Below the pieces are notes generated by a model. That model did not search any database and was not told where the DNA came from. It saw only the letters and a list, made by a program, of their open reading frames with translations. The position numbers and the translations under genes are program-made. A DNA stretch of 64,000 nucleotides from an uncultured beta proteobacterium (GTDB taxonomy: Bacteria > Pseudomonadota > Gammaproteobacteria > Burkholderiales > Burkholderiaceae_C): assembly GCA_963816315.1 (NCBI GenBank), contig CAWFJZ010000032.1, positions 46,030 to 110,029 on the forward strand, in the 5' to 3' direction. Below are positions 42,789 to 53,144 of this stretch, piece after piece (within the stretch, counting starts at the first letter, position 1; the number at the start of each line of letters is the position of its first letter).

Positions 42789-43034
42789 AGTGATTTGCCT
42801 CGAAAACCTGGGGCTTTTGTCACTTTCGCTGACGCGAATCGTCACACGTCGAGCTCCATCCGCGGGCCCCGGCGCTGCTTGACGTTGACCGATGCGACCA
42901 TTTTCGGCCCGCGGGTCAGGCGCCGCGCTTGGGCTGCGCGAATCTTCTGCCAAGGCCAAGGCCGCTACCATCCTAGGGTGTGCAACGGGTGTGCCAACGT
43001 CGCGTGCACCCGAAGAAGCGCAAGGAGATAGCCG

Positions 43035-43331
43035 ATGTTGTTCAGCTGGTTCGACGCCGCCGCCGCCAAGGAGTTTGGCACCGACCTCGCCCGTTTCTAT
43101 GTCGAGAGAGTTCCCGCCGATTCGGGCGTGAACGAAAAGAAGTTCGCCGCGAAGAACAAGGAGGTGATCGACAAGATGGCACTGCGGGTGGCGCAATTCA
43201 AAGAAGCGAACACACTGAACACCTACAAGAAGGCACAGCTTGGCAACGCCTTCAAGTGGGCCTTGCGCGATGCCGGCTACGACACGGCCTACATCGATCG
43301 CCTGACGAGTTGGCTCGTCACGCGACTCTAG
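43035..43331 (+). CDS. small hypothetical protein (98 aa), first gene upstream of the GT41 array
   Basis: The composition is unlike GC-shadow ORFs (K/F/Y/N-rich: MLFSWFDAAAAKEFGTDLARFYVERVP...NKEVIDKMALRVAQFKEANTLNTYKKAQLGNAFKWALRDAGYD). It ends 25 nt before paralogue A. Confidence 0.5.
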   Translation: MLFSWFDAAAAKEFGTDLARFYVERVPADSGVNEKKFAAKNKEVIDKMALRVAQFKEANTLNTYKKAQLGNAFKWALRDAGYDTAYIDRLTSWLVTRL

Positions 43332-43356
43332 GCCCAGCATCGAAGGCCGCACCTTC

Positions 43357-45717
43357 ATGCTGTCCTGGCTCCGTCGAAACAAGCCCGCGCCCAAACCTCC
43401 GGCCCAAGCGAATCCATCGCCGAAGCCGCTCGTCTCGTCATCGTCCAGCGGCACTGAAAGCGAGGCGCTCAGAAAGAGCGGCAACGCGCTGCTGAACCGG
43501 GGCCAAGTCGAGCAGGCCATGCGCGCATACCGCCAAGCCATCGAACTCGACCCCAGCAATCAAGGCGCCTGGGTCAACCTCGGCTTCTTGCTCAATGGTC
43601 GCCGTGAGTTTGACGAAGCCAAGGCCGTTCTCCATCGGGCCGTCGAACTCGATCCGAACAGCGACGACGCGCTGTACTTGCTGGGCACCGCCGAGCTGGC
43701 GCTCGACGATGAGGTTGCTGCGATGTCCAATTTCAGTCGCGCGCTTGCAGTCCGGCCCGACTTAGAACCCTGCCGCCGCGACCTGTGCCTGATCCACCTG
43801 CGCCGCGGTGACCAAGAGGCCGCGCGTCAGGAGGCCGCGCTGGGCATTGCCGCCGACCCGCAGGCCGCCGAGTTGCACGCGATGGTGGGCAACCTTCACC
43901 GTCAAGCCGGCGAGTTGGGGCAGGCTGTCGCCAGTTTCAGGACGGCACTCGCGCTGCTGCCGAATGCAGCACACGTTCAAGCCAGTCTGGGGGAGGCGCT
44001 GCAGGAGCAAGGCAACCTGCCCGAAGCCTTGGCCTGTTACCAGCGCGCCCTGCAGCTCGAGCCGAAGATGCTGGAAGCGCTTCTGAACATGGGCTTGGTG
44101 CGCTATTGCCAAGGTGACCTGACGGCGGCTGTGGGGATCTTTCGAGAGGCGCTGGCGATTGCACCCGACCACATCGAAGTCCTCAGCAACCTCGGCGCGG
44201 CACTGACTGGTTTGCATCGTCTGCCCGAGGCCTGCGAGGTGTTGAACAAGGTGCTTCGCTTAGCCCCGGGCCATGTGGGATCGCATATCAACCTCGGTAT
44301 CGCGCTGTGGGAGCAATCCGATCTCGATGCAGCGCAGGCGAGCTACCGTCGTGCGCTAGCGCTCAGCCCGGATCATGCCGCGGCACATGGCAACCTCGGG
44401 GCCGTCTTGCAAGAGCTTGGCGAACACGACGCGGCTATCGCAAGCTACTGCAGCGCGCTGTCGATCGAGCCGGACTTTGCGGCCGCGCAGAGCAACCTGC
44501 TTTTCACGCTGAACTATCACCCCGACAAGAGCGCAGAGGAAATCTTTGCGGCCTACCGCGAGCACGACGAGCGGGTGGGGGTGCCGCTGCGCAGCACCTG
44601 GCGCGAGCATGGCAACTCGCGCGATGCGACCCGGCGCCTGAAGGTGGGCTATGTCTCGCCGGACTTTCGCAGGCACGCAGTGCGCCATTTCCTGGAGCCG
44701 CTGCTGGCCCACCACGACAAGCGACAGGTCGAGGTATTCGCCTATGCAGAGCTGTCTGTGGAAGACGACATGACAGCACGCTACCGCGGCTTTGCTGACC
44801 ACTGGGTGCCCACGGTCGGCCTGACCGACGAGACCCTGGCCGAACGCATCCGCGCCGACGGTATCGACATCCTGGTCGATCTGGCGGGGCACATGGCGAA
44901 GAACCGGCTCGGAGCCTTCGCGCGCAAGCCTGCGCCGGTGTCGATATCCTGGATGGGGTTCGGCTATACGACGGGGCTGAGCGCCATCGACTACTTCCTG
45001 ACTGATGGCGCCTGCGCTCCCGAAGGCTGCGAGGACTTGTTTGCCGAGCAGCCCTGGCGGCTGGCAACGCCGGGCTATGCCTTTCGTCCGGCCGAAGGCA
45101 TGGGTCATGTCAGCAGCTTGCCCGCGCAAGACCGAGGCTTCGTCACCTTTGGCACGTTGACGCGCTCGGTGCGCATCAATCACCGCTCGATCCGGGTGTG
45201 GTCGCAAATACTGCATCGTGTGCCAGGGGCGCGACTGGTGGTGGACAGCAGCAACTACCAGGACGAGGGCATGCGCAACGCGCTGCTGGACAAGTTCTCG
45301 GCTCACGGCATCGGGCCTGAGCGGCTGGAGCTTGGTTTTCACTCGCCGCCGTGGGATGTGCTGCGCGGCATGGACATTGGCCTCGACTGCTTTCCGCACA
45401 ACTCGGGAACTACCTTGTTCGAGAGCCTGTACATGGGCGTGCCCTTCATCACCCTGGCCGGGCGGCCCAGCGTAGGCCGCCTGGGCAGCGCGATCCTAGA
45501 GGGCGTGGGCCACCCGGAGTGGATCGCGCGCAGCGAGGACGAGTACATCGACATCGTGGTTGCCCTGGCTAGCGATCTGCCGAAGCTGGCCACGTTGCGC
45601 GCGGGCTTGCGGTCGCAGATGCAGGCCAGCGCGGTGATGGACGAGCCCGGCTTTGCGCGCAAGCTGGAGGCGGCTTACCGCGAGATGTTCTCGCGCTGGG
45701 CCGCGGGCCCGGCCTGA
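43357..45717 (+). CDS. TPR + GT41 (OGT/SPINDLY-like) glycosyltransferase, paralogue A (786 aa)
   Basis: About 400 aa of TPRs, then the GT41-like domain from NLLFTLNYHPDKSA (VGYVSPDFRRHAVRHFLEP, FPHNSGTTLFESLYMGVPFITLAG, EDEYIDIVVALASDLPKL). Its N-terminus (MLSWLRRNKPAPKPP) is unique within the array. Confidence 0.85.
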   Translation: MLSWLRRNKPAPKPPAQANPSPKPLVSSSSSGTESEALRKSGNALLNRGQVEQAMRAYRQAIELDPSNQGAWVNLGFLLNGRREFDEAKAVLHRAVELDPNSDDALYLLGTAELALDDEVAAMSNFSRALAVRPDLEPCRRDLCLIHLRRGDQEAARQEAALGIAADPQAAELHAMVGNLHRQAGELGQAVASFRTALALLPNAAHVQASLGEALQEQGNLPEALACYQRALQLEPKMLEALLNMGLVRYCQGDLTAAVGIFREALAIAPDHIEVLSNLGAALTGLHRLPEACEVLNKVLRLAPGHVGSHINLGIALWEQSDLDAAQASYRRALALSPDHAAAHGNLGAVLQELGEHDAAIASYCSALSIEPDFAAAQSNLLFTLNYHPDKSAEEIFAAYREHDERVGVPLRSTWREHGNSRDATRRLKVGYVSPDFRRHAVRHFLEPLLAHHDKRQVEVFAYAELSVEDDMTARYRGFADHWVPTVGLTDETLAERIRADGIDILVDLAGHMAKNRLGAFARKPAPVSISWMGFGYTTGLSAIDYFLTDGACAPEGCEDLFAEQPWRLATPGYAFRPAEGMGHVSSLPAQDRGFVTFGTLTRSVRINHRSIRVWSQILHRVPGARLVVDSSNYQDEGMRNALLDKFSAHGIGPERLELGFHSPPWDVLRGMDIGLDCFPHNSGTTLFESLYMGVPFITLAGRPSVGRLGSAILEGVGHPEWIARSEDEYIDIVVALASDLPKLATLRAGLRSQMQASAVMDEPGFARKLEAAYREMFSRWAAGPA

Positions 45718-45733
45718 GTTCAGGCTAGCAGAC

Positions 45734-48322
45734 ATGTTCGCTTCATTGAAGAAGAAACTGTTCGGCGGCGCGGCGAAGAGCCAGCCGGACATGTCGGCGC
45801 GCGTTGCCGCCGCACCGCCAACAGAAGCCGAGACCGGCGCCTCGGCGTTCAAGCAGCGCGGCAATGCACTGCGCGAACAGGGCCATCTACAGGAGGCCGT
45901 GCAATGCTATCGCCAAGCTCTGGCAGCAGCGCCCAACGATGTCGGCGCGCTGGTCAATCTGGGCTTTGTGCTCAGCGAGCTCGGGCAGCACGTGGAGGCT
46001 CGCCCTCATCTCGAGAAGGCAATCGGACTCGACCCGAAGCAGGACGATGCCTTGTACATACTAGGCACCATCGAACGCGCCACAGGCAGCGCGCACAAGG
46101 CGATCGAGCGCTTTCGCTCGACACTGGCCCTGCGACCCGATTTCTCGATCTGCCGGCTCGATCTGTGCCGCTTGCTGTTCGAACACGGGTTCTTGCAAGA
46201 GGCCAGGCAAGCCGTCACCGCCGGCATCGCCATCGAACCCGACTCGGCCGACCTGCATTGCTACCTAGGCAATCTGCATCACGAAGCGCGTGAGCTGGAC
46301 AAAGCTGTCGCGTGCTTCCAGACGGCATTGGCACTTCAGCCGAACTACGCACCCGCGTATCAAGGCTTGGCCATGGCGCATTCAAATCTCGGGACGGCCC
46401 TTCAAGCTCAGGGGAAGTTCGACGCTGCCGCAGCGGCTTACCTTCGCGCGTTGGAACTGAGGCCCGATCACGCGCAGGCGCACTGCAGTCTGGCCTCAGT
46501 GCTCCACGCGCAAGGGCGGTTGAACGACGCGATCCAGAGCTATAAGACCGCGCTCTCGCTGCAGCCGGATCTCACCGAAGCTCATGCAGACTTGGGAACC
46601 GTTTTTCACGACAAGGGCGACCTGCCTGCCGCGGTCGAGAGCTATCGAGCTGCGCTCGCGATCGAGCCGGGTTTTGCGCAAGGTCATATCAATCTTGCGT
46701 TGGTGCTGCAGGCCCAGGGCAAGTTCGATGAAGCCGTCAGGAGTTATGAGACGGCGGTTGCGCTCATGCCGGCCAATCCTGAAGCCCACTGCGGCTTGGG
46801 AACTGCATTGCAGGATCAGGGAAAGCAAGCCGCCGCGATAGCCAGCTATCGCATCGCGATTTCCCTGAATCCTGAATACGCTGACGCACACAGCAACCTC
46901 GGGACTCTTCTTCAGGCTCAAGGAAAGCTCGACGCCTCGCTGACGAGTTATCGCACGGCGCTTTCGTTGAAGCCCGACAGCAGCATGGCGCACGGCAACG
47001 TCGGTTCTGTTCTACAGGAAATGGGCGAGAACGACGCGGCGATCGAAAGCCTGCGACGCGCACTCGCGCTCAATCCGGACTACGCGATTGCTCAGTACAC
47101 CTTGCTTTTCACGCTGAACTATCACCCCGACAAGAGCGCGCAGGAGATCTTCGCGGCTTACCGCGAGCACGACGCGCTGGTGGGGGTGCCGCTGCGCAGC
47201 ACCTGGCGCAAGCATGGCAACTCGCGCGATGCGACGCGGCGGCTGAGGGTGGGTTATGTCTCGCCGGACTTTCGCAAACACGCGGTGCGCCATTTCCTCG
47301 AGCCGCTGCTGGCCCACCACGACAAGCGACAGGTCGAGGTGTTCGCCTATGCAGAGCTGACGGTGGAAGACGACATGACAGCACGCTATCGCGGGCTGGT
47401 CGATCACTGGGTGCGCACCGTCGGCCTGAGCGACGAGGCTCTGGCCGAACGCATCCGCGCCGACGGCATCGACATCCTGGTCGATCTGGCGGGACACACG
47501 GCGAAGAACCGGCTCGGAGCCTTCGCGCGCAAGCCGGCGCCGGTGTCGATGTCGTGGCTGGGATTCGGCTACACGACGGGGCTGAGCGCCATCGACTACT
47601 TTCTGACTGATGGCGCCTGCGCTCCCGAAGGCTGTGAGGACTTGTTTGCAGAGCGACCTTGGCGGCTGTCAACGCCGGGCTATGCCTTTCGTCCGGCCGA
47701 AGGCATGGGCCCCGTCAGCAGCCTGCCCGCGCAAGACCGAGGCTTCGTCACCTTTGGCACGTTGACGCGCTCGGTGCGCATCAACCACCGCTCCATCCGG
47801 GTGTGGTCGCAAATACTGCATCGTGTGCCAGGATCGCGATTGGTGGTGGACAGCGGCAACTACCGGGACGAGGGCATGCGCACCACGCTGCAAGACAAGT
47901 TCTCGGCCCATGGCATCGGCCCCGAGCGGCTCGAGCTCGGGTTTCACACACCGCCGTGGGACGTGCTGCGTGGCATGGACATTGGCCTCGACTGCTTTCC
48001 ACACAACTCGGGGACTACCTTGTTCGAGAGCCTGTACATGGGCGTGCCCTACGTCACCCTCGCCGGGCGGCCGAGCGTGGGCCGCCTGGGCAGCTCGATC
48101 TTGCACGGCGTGGGCCACCCGGAGTGGATCGCGCGCAGCGAGGACGAGTACGCCGACATCGCGGTAGCCCTGGCCAGCGATCTGCCGAAGCTGGCTGCGC
48201 TGCGCGCGGGCTTGCGGGCGCAGATGCAGGCCAGCGCGGTGATGGACGAGCCCGGGTTTGCGCGCAAGGCCGAGGCGGCTTACCGCGAGATGTTCTCGCA
48301 CTGGGCCGCAGGCCCGGCCTGA
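45734..48322 (+). CDS. TPR + GT41 glycosyltransferase, paralogue B (862 aa)
   Basis: Start at the internal ATG 45734 (MFASLKKKLFGG). About 480 aa of TPRs plus the GT41-like domain. The last ~370 codons are identical to paralogue D. Confidence 0.85.
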   Translation: MFASLKKKLFGGAAKSQPDMSARVAAAPPTEAETGASAFKQRGNALREQGHLQEAVQCYRQALAAAPNDVGALVNLGFVLSELGQHVEARPHLEKAIGLDPKQDDALYILGTIERATGSAHKAIERFRSTLALRPDFSICRLDLCRLLFEHGFLQEARQAVTAGIAIEPDSADLHCYLGNLHHEARELDKAVACFQTALALQPNYAPAYQGLAMAHSNLGTALQAQGKFDAAAAAYLRALELRPDHAQAHCSLASVLHAQGRLNDAIQSYKTALSLQPDLTEAHADLGTVFHDKGDLPAAVESYRAALAIEPGFAQGHINLALVLQAQGKFDEAVRSYETAVALMPANPEAHCGLGTALQDQGKQAAAIASYRIAISLNPEYADAHSNLGTLLQAQGKLDASLTSYRTALSLKPDSSMAHGNVGSVLQEMGENDAAIESLRRALALNPDYAIAQYTLLFTLNYHPDKSAQEIFAAYREHDALVGVPLRSTWRKHGNSRDATRRLRVGYVSPDFRKHAVRHFLEPLLAHHDKRQVEVFAYAELTVEDDMTARYRGLVDHWVRTVGLSDEALAERIRADGIDILVDLAGHTAKNRLGAFARKPAPVSMSWLGFGYTTGLSAIDYFLTDGACAPEGCEDLFAERPWRLSTPGYAFRPAEGMGPVSSLPAQDRGFVTFGTLTRSVRINHRSIRVWSQILHRVPGSRLVVDSGNYRDEGMRTTLQDKFSAHGIGPERLELGFHTPPWDVLRGMDIGLDCFPHNSGTTLFESLYMGVPYVTLAGRPSVGRLGSSILHGVGHPEWIARSEDEYADIAVALASDLPKLAALRAGLRAQMQASAVMDEPGFARKAEAAYREMFSHWAAGPA

Positions 48323-48376
48323 GTTCGGGGCTTGCCGGCATGTTCACGTCGTTGAAGAAGAAGCTGTTCGGGAACG
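47218..48376 (+). repeat. identical tract 1, copy a (3' end of B + spacer + first 12 codons of C)
   Basis: Matches 52040-53198 at an offset of 4822 nt. Spot-checked lines are identical, and so are the six-frame ORF translations (47669..48301 = 52491..53123, 47823..48167 = 52645..52989, 48049..48267 = 52871..53089). Confidence 0.85.
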
Positions 48377-50244
48377 GGACCACGCGGCTTCAAACCGCCG
48401 AACTCTTAGAGCAAGGCCAAGCAGCCGAAGCGCGGGGCGAGGTCGATGAAGCAGAGCGGCTTTATCGGCGTGCGGTTGCGGCCGACGATGCGTCAGCAGA
48501 TGCACATATGAATCTGGGTAACGTCTTGAACGCGAAAGGTCATGGGTTGGCCGCGGTTGAGTCGTACGAGCGGGCTATCTCGATCAACGCCAAGCACGCT
48601 TCCGCACACTACAACTTGGGCCTCGCGCTGCTTTACGCGGGCGACAACGCGCGAGTTGTACAACTCTTTCGCACAGCAGTTCGGCTTCGTGAGGCGTTCC
48701 CGCAGGCTTGGGTCGGTTTGGCGCTGGCACTGGAAGCTCAAGGCGATTTCGAAGGGGCCATTGAAAGCTACCGCCAAGCGGTGCGTGTGAAGCCTGACTT
48801 TGTCGAGGCGCACAGAAACCTCGGGTTGATCTGCCTCCAGCGAGGTCAGGTCAAGGCAGCGGACGAGAGCTATCGCAGGGCGCTGCTGGCCAGTCCTGGA
48901 GATGCCGAGTCATACCTCGGCCTCGCTAGCGTCCTGAAGGAACGAGGCGACATCGATGCGGCGATCGAGGCGTGTTGTAAGGCGCTGGATGTTGATCCGA
49001 ACCACATTGCCGGGCGGAGCAACTTGCTGTTTGCTCTCAACTACCACCCCGACAAAAGCGCGGAGGAGATCTTTGCGGCTTATGTCGAATACGACGAGCG
49101 CTTTGGTCTGCCGCAACGCCGTAGCTGGCGCGCTCACGACAACGATCCGAACACGGCTCGGCGATTGAAGGTTGGTTATGTCTCACCAGACTTCAATCAT
49201 CACCCGGTGCGCCACTTTCTCGAGCCTCTGCTCGCGAACCATGACAAGACCGCGGTGGAGATCTACGCATACGCCGAACTGACACAGGAGGACGCCGTCA
49301 CTTCGCGCTACAGGGCCATCGTTGACCATTGGATTCCAAGCAGGGGCTTGACCGACGCTGCGTTGGCCGCGCGCATTCGTGACGACAAGATCGATGTCCT
49401 GGTGGACCTGGCAGGGCACACCATGAACAGTCGTCTCGGTGCGTTTGCGATCAAACCGGCACCGGTATCGATGTCGTGGCTCGGCTACGGCTACACAACA
49501 GGGCTGAGCGCCATCGACTACTTCCTTGCTGACAGCGCAAGTGCACCGCAGGGCGCCGACGGCCTGTTTGCCGAACGCCCCTGGCGCCTTGCAACCCCTG
49601 CCTATGCCTACCGGCCGGCCGACGGGATGGGCCCGGTCGGCACGTTGCCGTCGGCTCGGCGCGGCCATGTCACGTTCGGCACATTGACGCGGGCCGTGCG
49701 AATCAATCATCGATCGATTCGCGTCTGGTCGGAGATACTCAGGCGGGTGAAGGGCGCTCGGTTGGTCGTGAACAGCAGAAGTTACCTGGATGCCGACATG
49801 CGGTCGAGGCTTGCTGAGAGGTTCGCCGAGAACGGCATCGCAGCGGACCGGCTTGAGCTTGGTTTTTCCTCCCCGCCGTGGGACGTGTTGCGCGATATGG
49901 ACATCGGCCTCGACTGCTTTCCGCACAACTCGGGCACGACACTGTTCGAATCGCTGTACATGGGTGTGCCCTACGTCACGTTGGCCGGGCGGCCCAGCGT
50001 GGGCCGCCTGGGCAGCTCGATCTTGCACGGCGTGGGCCACCCGGAGTGGATCGCGCGCAGCGAGGACGAGTACGCCGACATCGCGGTGGCCCTGGCCAGC
50101 GATCTGCCGAAGCTGGCCGCGCTGCGCGCGGGCTTGCGGGCGCAGATGCAGGCCAGCGCGGTGATGGACGAGCCCGCTTTCGCACGCAAGCTGGAGGCGG
50201 CTTACCGCGAGATGTTCTCCCGCTGGGCCGCGGGCCCGGCCTGA
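48340..50244 (+). CDS. TPR + GT41 glycosyltransferase, paralogue C (634 aa)
   Basis: Start ATG 48340 (MFTSLKKKLFGN). Short, divergent TPR region (about 250 aa) plus a GT41-like domain (NLLFALNYHPDKSA...). Confidence 0.85.
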   Translation: MFTSLKKKLFGNGTTRLQTAELLEQGQAAEARGEVDEAERLYRRAVAADDASADAHMNLGNVLNAKGHGLAAVESYERAISINAKHASAHYNLGLALLYAGDNARVVQLFRTAVRLREAFPQAWVGLALALEAQGDFEGAIESYRQAVRVKPDFVEAHRNLGLICLQRGQVKAADESYRRALLASPGDAESYLGLASVLKERGDIDAAIEACCKALDVDPNHIAGRSNLLFALNYHPDKSAEEIFAAYVEYDERFGLPQRRSWRAHDNDPNTARRLKVGYVSPDFNHHPVRHFLEPLLANHDKTAVEIYAYAELTQEDAVTSRYRAIVDHWIPSRGLTDAALAARIRDDKIDVLVDLAGHTMNSRLGAFAIKPAPVSMSWLGYGYTTGLSAIDYFLADSASAPQGADGLFAERPWRLATPAYAYRPADGMGPVGTLPSARRGHVTFGTLTRAVRINHRSIRVWSEILRRVKGARLVVNSRSYLDADMRSRLAERFAENGIAADRLELGFSSPPWDVLRDMDIGLDCFPHNSGTTLFESLYMGVPYVTLAGRPSVGRLGSSILHGVGHPEWIARSEDEYADIAVALASDLPKLAALRAGLRAQMQASAVMDEPAFARKLEAAYREMFSRWAAGPA

Positions 50245-50261
50245 GTTCGGGGCTTGCAGGC

Positions 50262-53144
50262 ATGTTCGCGTCGTTCAAGAACAAGCTGTTCGGCGGCGCG
50301 GCGAAGAGCAAGCCGGACACGTCGGCACGTGTTGCCGCCGCACCGCCAACCGAAGCCAAAGCCGGCGCCTCGGAGTTCAAGAGGCGCGGCAACGCGCTGC
50401 GCGAGCAGGGCCATCCACAGGAGGCGGTGCAGTGCTATCGGCAGGCCCTCGCACTGGCGCCCAACGATGTCGGCGCGCTGGTCAACCTGGGTTTCGTGCT
50501 GAGCCAGCTCGAGCAGTTCGTGGAGGCTCGCTCGCACCTCGAGAAGGCGGCTCTGCTCGACCCGAAGCAGGACGATGCCTTGTACATCCTGGGCACCATC
50601 GAGCGCGCCACGGGTAACCCGGACAAGGCGATCGAGCGCTTCCGCTCGACGCTGGCCCTGAAGCCCGACTTCTCGATCTGTAGGCTCGACTTGTGTCGCC
50701 TGCTGTTCGAGCGCGGGTTCGTTCACGAGGCCAAGAACGTCGTCGCAGCCGGCATCGCCGTCGAGCCAAGCTCGGCCGACCTGCACCACTACCTAGGCAA
50801 TCTGCATTACGAGGCCCGCGAGCTGGATGCTGCCGTCAAGAGTTTCGAGCGCGTAACGGCGCTTCAACCCGACTTGGCGCCAGCGCATCAAAGCTTGGCC
50901 ATGGCGCTTCAGTTGTCCGGGAAGTTGGACGCCGCAATCGACAGCTATCGCCGTGTGATCGCTTTGGTACCGGACTCTGCTGATCTTCATTCGAATCTCG
51001 GGACGGCTCTTCAGGCTCAGGGGAAGCTCGACGCGGCGGCAGCGGCGTACCGTCGGGCATTGGAGTTGAGGCCGGAATATGCGCAGGCGCATTGCGGTCT
51101 GGCCTCAGTGCTCTACGCGCAAGGACGTTTTGATGCGGCGGAGGAAAGCTATCTCAAGGCGCTCGAATCGAATCCGAGTTTCATCGAAGCGCTTGCCGGT
51201 CTGTCGGCGACGCTTCAAGCTCAAGGCCGATTGAACGAGGCTGTTTCCCGGCTCGAACACGCTGTGCTCCTCCAGCCAAATGAGCCTTCCAGGCACTCGC
51301 TGCTGGCAGCGGCTTTTCACGCGCAGGGTCGGTTGAACGACGCAATCAAGAGCTACAAGACCGCGCTTCTACTAAAACGGGATCTCACGGAAGCCCATGC
51401 CAACTTGGGAACCGTTTTTCACCACAACGGCGACCTGCTTGCTGCGATCGAGAGTTATCGAGCTGCGCTCGCGATCGACCCGAATTTTGCGCAAGTTCAT
51501 ATCAATCTTGCCTCGGTGCTGCAGGCCCAAGGCAAAGTCGGCGAGGCCATCAGGAGTTACGAGAAGGCAGTTGCGCTCGTGCCAACCAATGCTGAGGCCC
51601 ACTGCGGCTTGGGAACCGCATTGCAGGATCAGGGACAACAATCTGCCGCGATGGCCAGCTATCGCATCGCGATTTCCCTGAACCCTGGCTACGCCGACGC
51701 ACACAGCAACCTCGGAACCATTCTTCAGCAACAAGGAAAGCTCAATGCCGCGTTGACGAGCTACCGCAACGCGCTTGCGTTGAAGCCCGACAGCGGCTTG
51801 GCGCACGGCAATGTCGGTTCTGTTCTACAGGAAATGGGCGAGCACGACGCGGCGATCGAAAGCCTGCGACACACACTTGCTCTCAAGCCGGACTACCCCA
51901 TCGCCCAGTACGCCTTGCTCTACCTGCTTTTCACGCTGAACTATCACCCTGACAAGAGCGCGCAGGAGATCTTCGTGGCCTACCGCGAGCACGACGAGCG
52001 GGTGGGGGTGCCGCTGCGCAGCACCTGGCGCAAGCATGCCAACTCGCGCGATGCGACGCGGCGGCTGAGGGTGGGTTATGTCTCGCCGGACTTTCGCAAA
52101 CACGCGGTGCGCCATTTCCTCGAGCCGCTGCTGGCCCACCACGACAAGCGACAGGTCGAGGTGTTCGCCTATGCAGAGCTGACGGTGGAAGACGACATGA
52201 CAGCACGCTATCGCGGGCTGGTCGATCACTGGGTGCGCACCGTCGGCCTGAGCGACGAGGCTCTGGCCGAACGCATCCGCGCCGACGGCATCGACATCCT
52301 GGTCGATCTGGCGGGACACACGGCGAAGAACCGGCTCGGAGCCTTCGCGCGCAAGCCGGCGCCGGTGTCGATGTCGTGGCTGGGATTCGGCTACACGACG
52401 GGGCTGAGCGCCATCGACTACTTTCTGACTGATGGCGCCTGCGCTCCCGAAGGCTGTGAGGACTTGTTTGCAGAGCGACCTTGGCGGCTGTCAACGCCGG
52501 GCTATGCCTTTCGTCCGGCCGAAGGCATGGGCCCCGTCAGCAGCCTGCCCGCGCAAGACCGAGGCTTCGTCACCTTTGGCACGTTGACGCGCTCGGTGCG
52601 CATCAACCACCGCTCCATCCGGGTGTGGTCGCAAATACTGCATCGTGTGCCAGGATCGCGATTGGTGGTGGACAGCGGCAACTACCGGGACGAGGGCATG
52701 CGCACCACGCTGCAAGACAAGTTCTCGGCCCATGGCATCGGCCCCGAGCGGCTCGAGCTCGGGTTTCACACACCGCCGTGGGACGTGCTGCGTGGCATGG
52801 ACATTGGCCTCGACTGCTTTCCACACAACTCGGGGACTACCTTGTTCGAGAGCCTGTACATGGGCGTGCCCTACGTCACCCTCGCCGGGCGGCCGAGCGT
52901 GGGCCGCCTGGGCAGCTCGATCTTGCACGGCGTGGGCCACCCGGAGTGGATCGCGCGCAGCGAGGACGAGTACGCCGACATCGCGGTAGCCCTGGCCAGC
53001 GATCTGCCGAAGCTGGCTGCGCTGCGCGCGGGCTTGCGGGCGCAGATGCAGGCCAGCGCGGTGATGGACGAGCCCGGGTTTGCGCGCAAGGCCGAGGCGG
53101 CTTACCGCGAGATGTTCTCGCACTGGGCCGCAGGCCCGGCCTGA
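50262..53144 (+). CDS. TPR + GT41 glycosyltransferase, paralogue D (960 aa)
   Basis: Start ATG 50262 (MFASFKNKLFGG). Longest TPR region (about 580 aa) plus the GT41-like domain. Confidence 0.85.
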   Translation: MFASFKNKLFGGAAKSKPDTSARVAAAPPTEAKAGASEFKRRGNALREQGHPQEAVQCYRQALALAPNDVGALVNLGFVLSQLEQFVEARSHLEKAALLDPKQDDALYILGTIERATGNPDKAIERFRSTLALKPDFSICRLDLCRLLFERGFVHEAKNVVAAGIAVEPSSADLHHYLGNLHYEARELDAAVKSFERVTALQPDLAPAHQSLAMALQLSGKLDAAIDSYRRVIALVPDSADLHSNLGTALQAQGKLDAAAAAYRRALELRPEYAQAHCGLASVLYAQGRFDAAEESYLKALESNPSFIEALAGLSATLQAQGRLNEAVSRLEHAVLLQPNEPSRHSLLAAAFHAQGRLNDAIKSYKTALLLKRDLTEAHANLGTVFHHNGDLLAAIESYRAALAIDPNFAQVHINLASVLQAQGKVGEAIRSYEKAVALVPTNAEAHCGLGTALQDQGQQSAAMASYRIAISLNPGYADAHSNLGTILQQQGKLNAALTSYRNALALKPDSGLAHGNVGSVLQEMGEHDAAIESLRHTLALKPDYPIAQYALLYLLFTLNYHPDKSAQEIFVAYREHDERVGVPLRSTWRKHANSRDATRRLRVGYVSPDFRKHAVRHFLEPLLAHHDKRQVEVFAYAELTVEDDMTARYRGLVDHWVRTVGLSDEALAERIRADGIDILVDLAGHTAKNRLGAFARKPAPVSMSWLGFGYTTGLSAIDYFLTDGACAPEGCEDLFAERPWRLSTPGYAFRPAEGMGPVSSLPAQDRGFVTFGTLTRSVRINHRSIRVWSQILHRVPGSRLVVDSGNYRDEGMRTTLQDKFSAHGIGPERLELGFHTPPWDVLRGMDIGLDCFPHNSGTTLFESLYMGVPYVTLAGRPSVGRLGSSILHGVGHPEWIARSEDEYADIAVALASDLPKLAALRAGLRAQMQASAVMDEPGFARKAEAAYREMFSHWAAGPA

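Noticed and set aside
42732-43559. A 275-aa minus-strand ORF spanning the pilin/GT-array intergenic region.
   Set aside because: It has no motifs and overlaps both the better-supported small plus-strand ORF (43035..43331) and the start of paralogue A. It would also run through the pilin promoter region.
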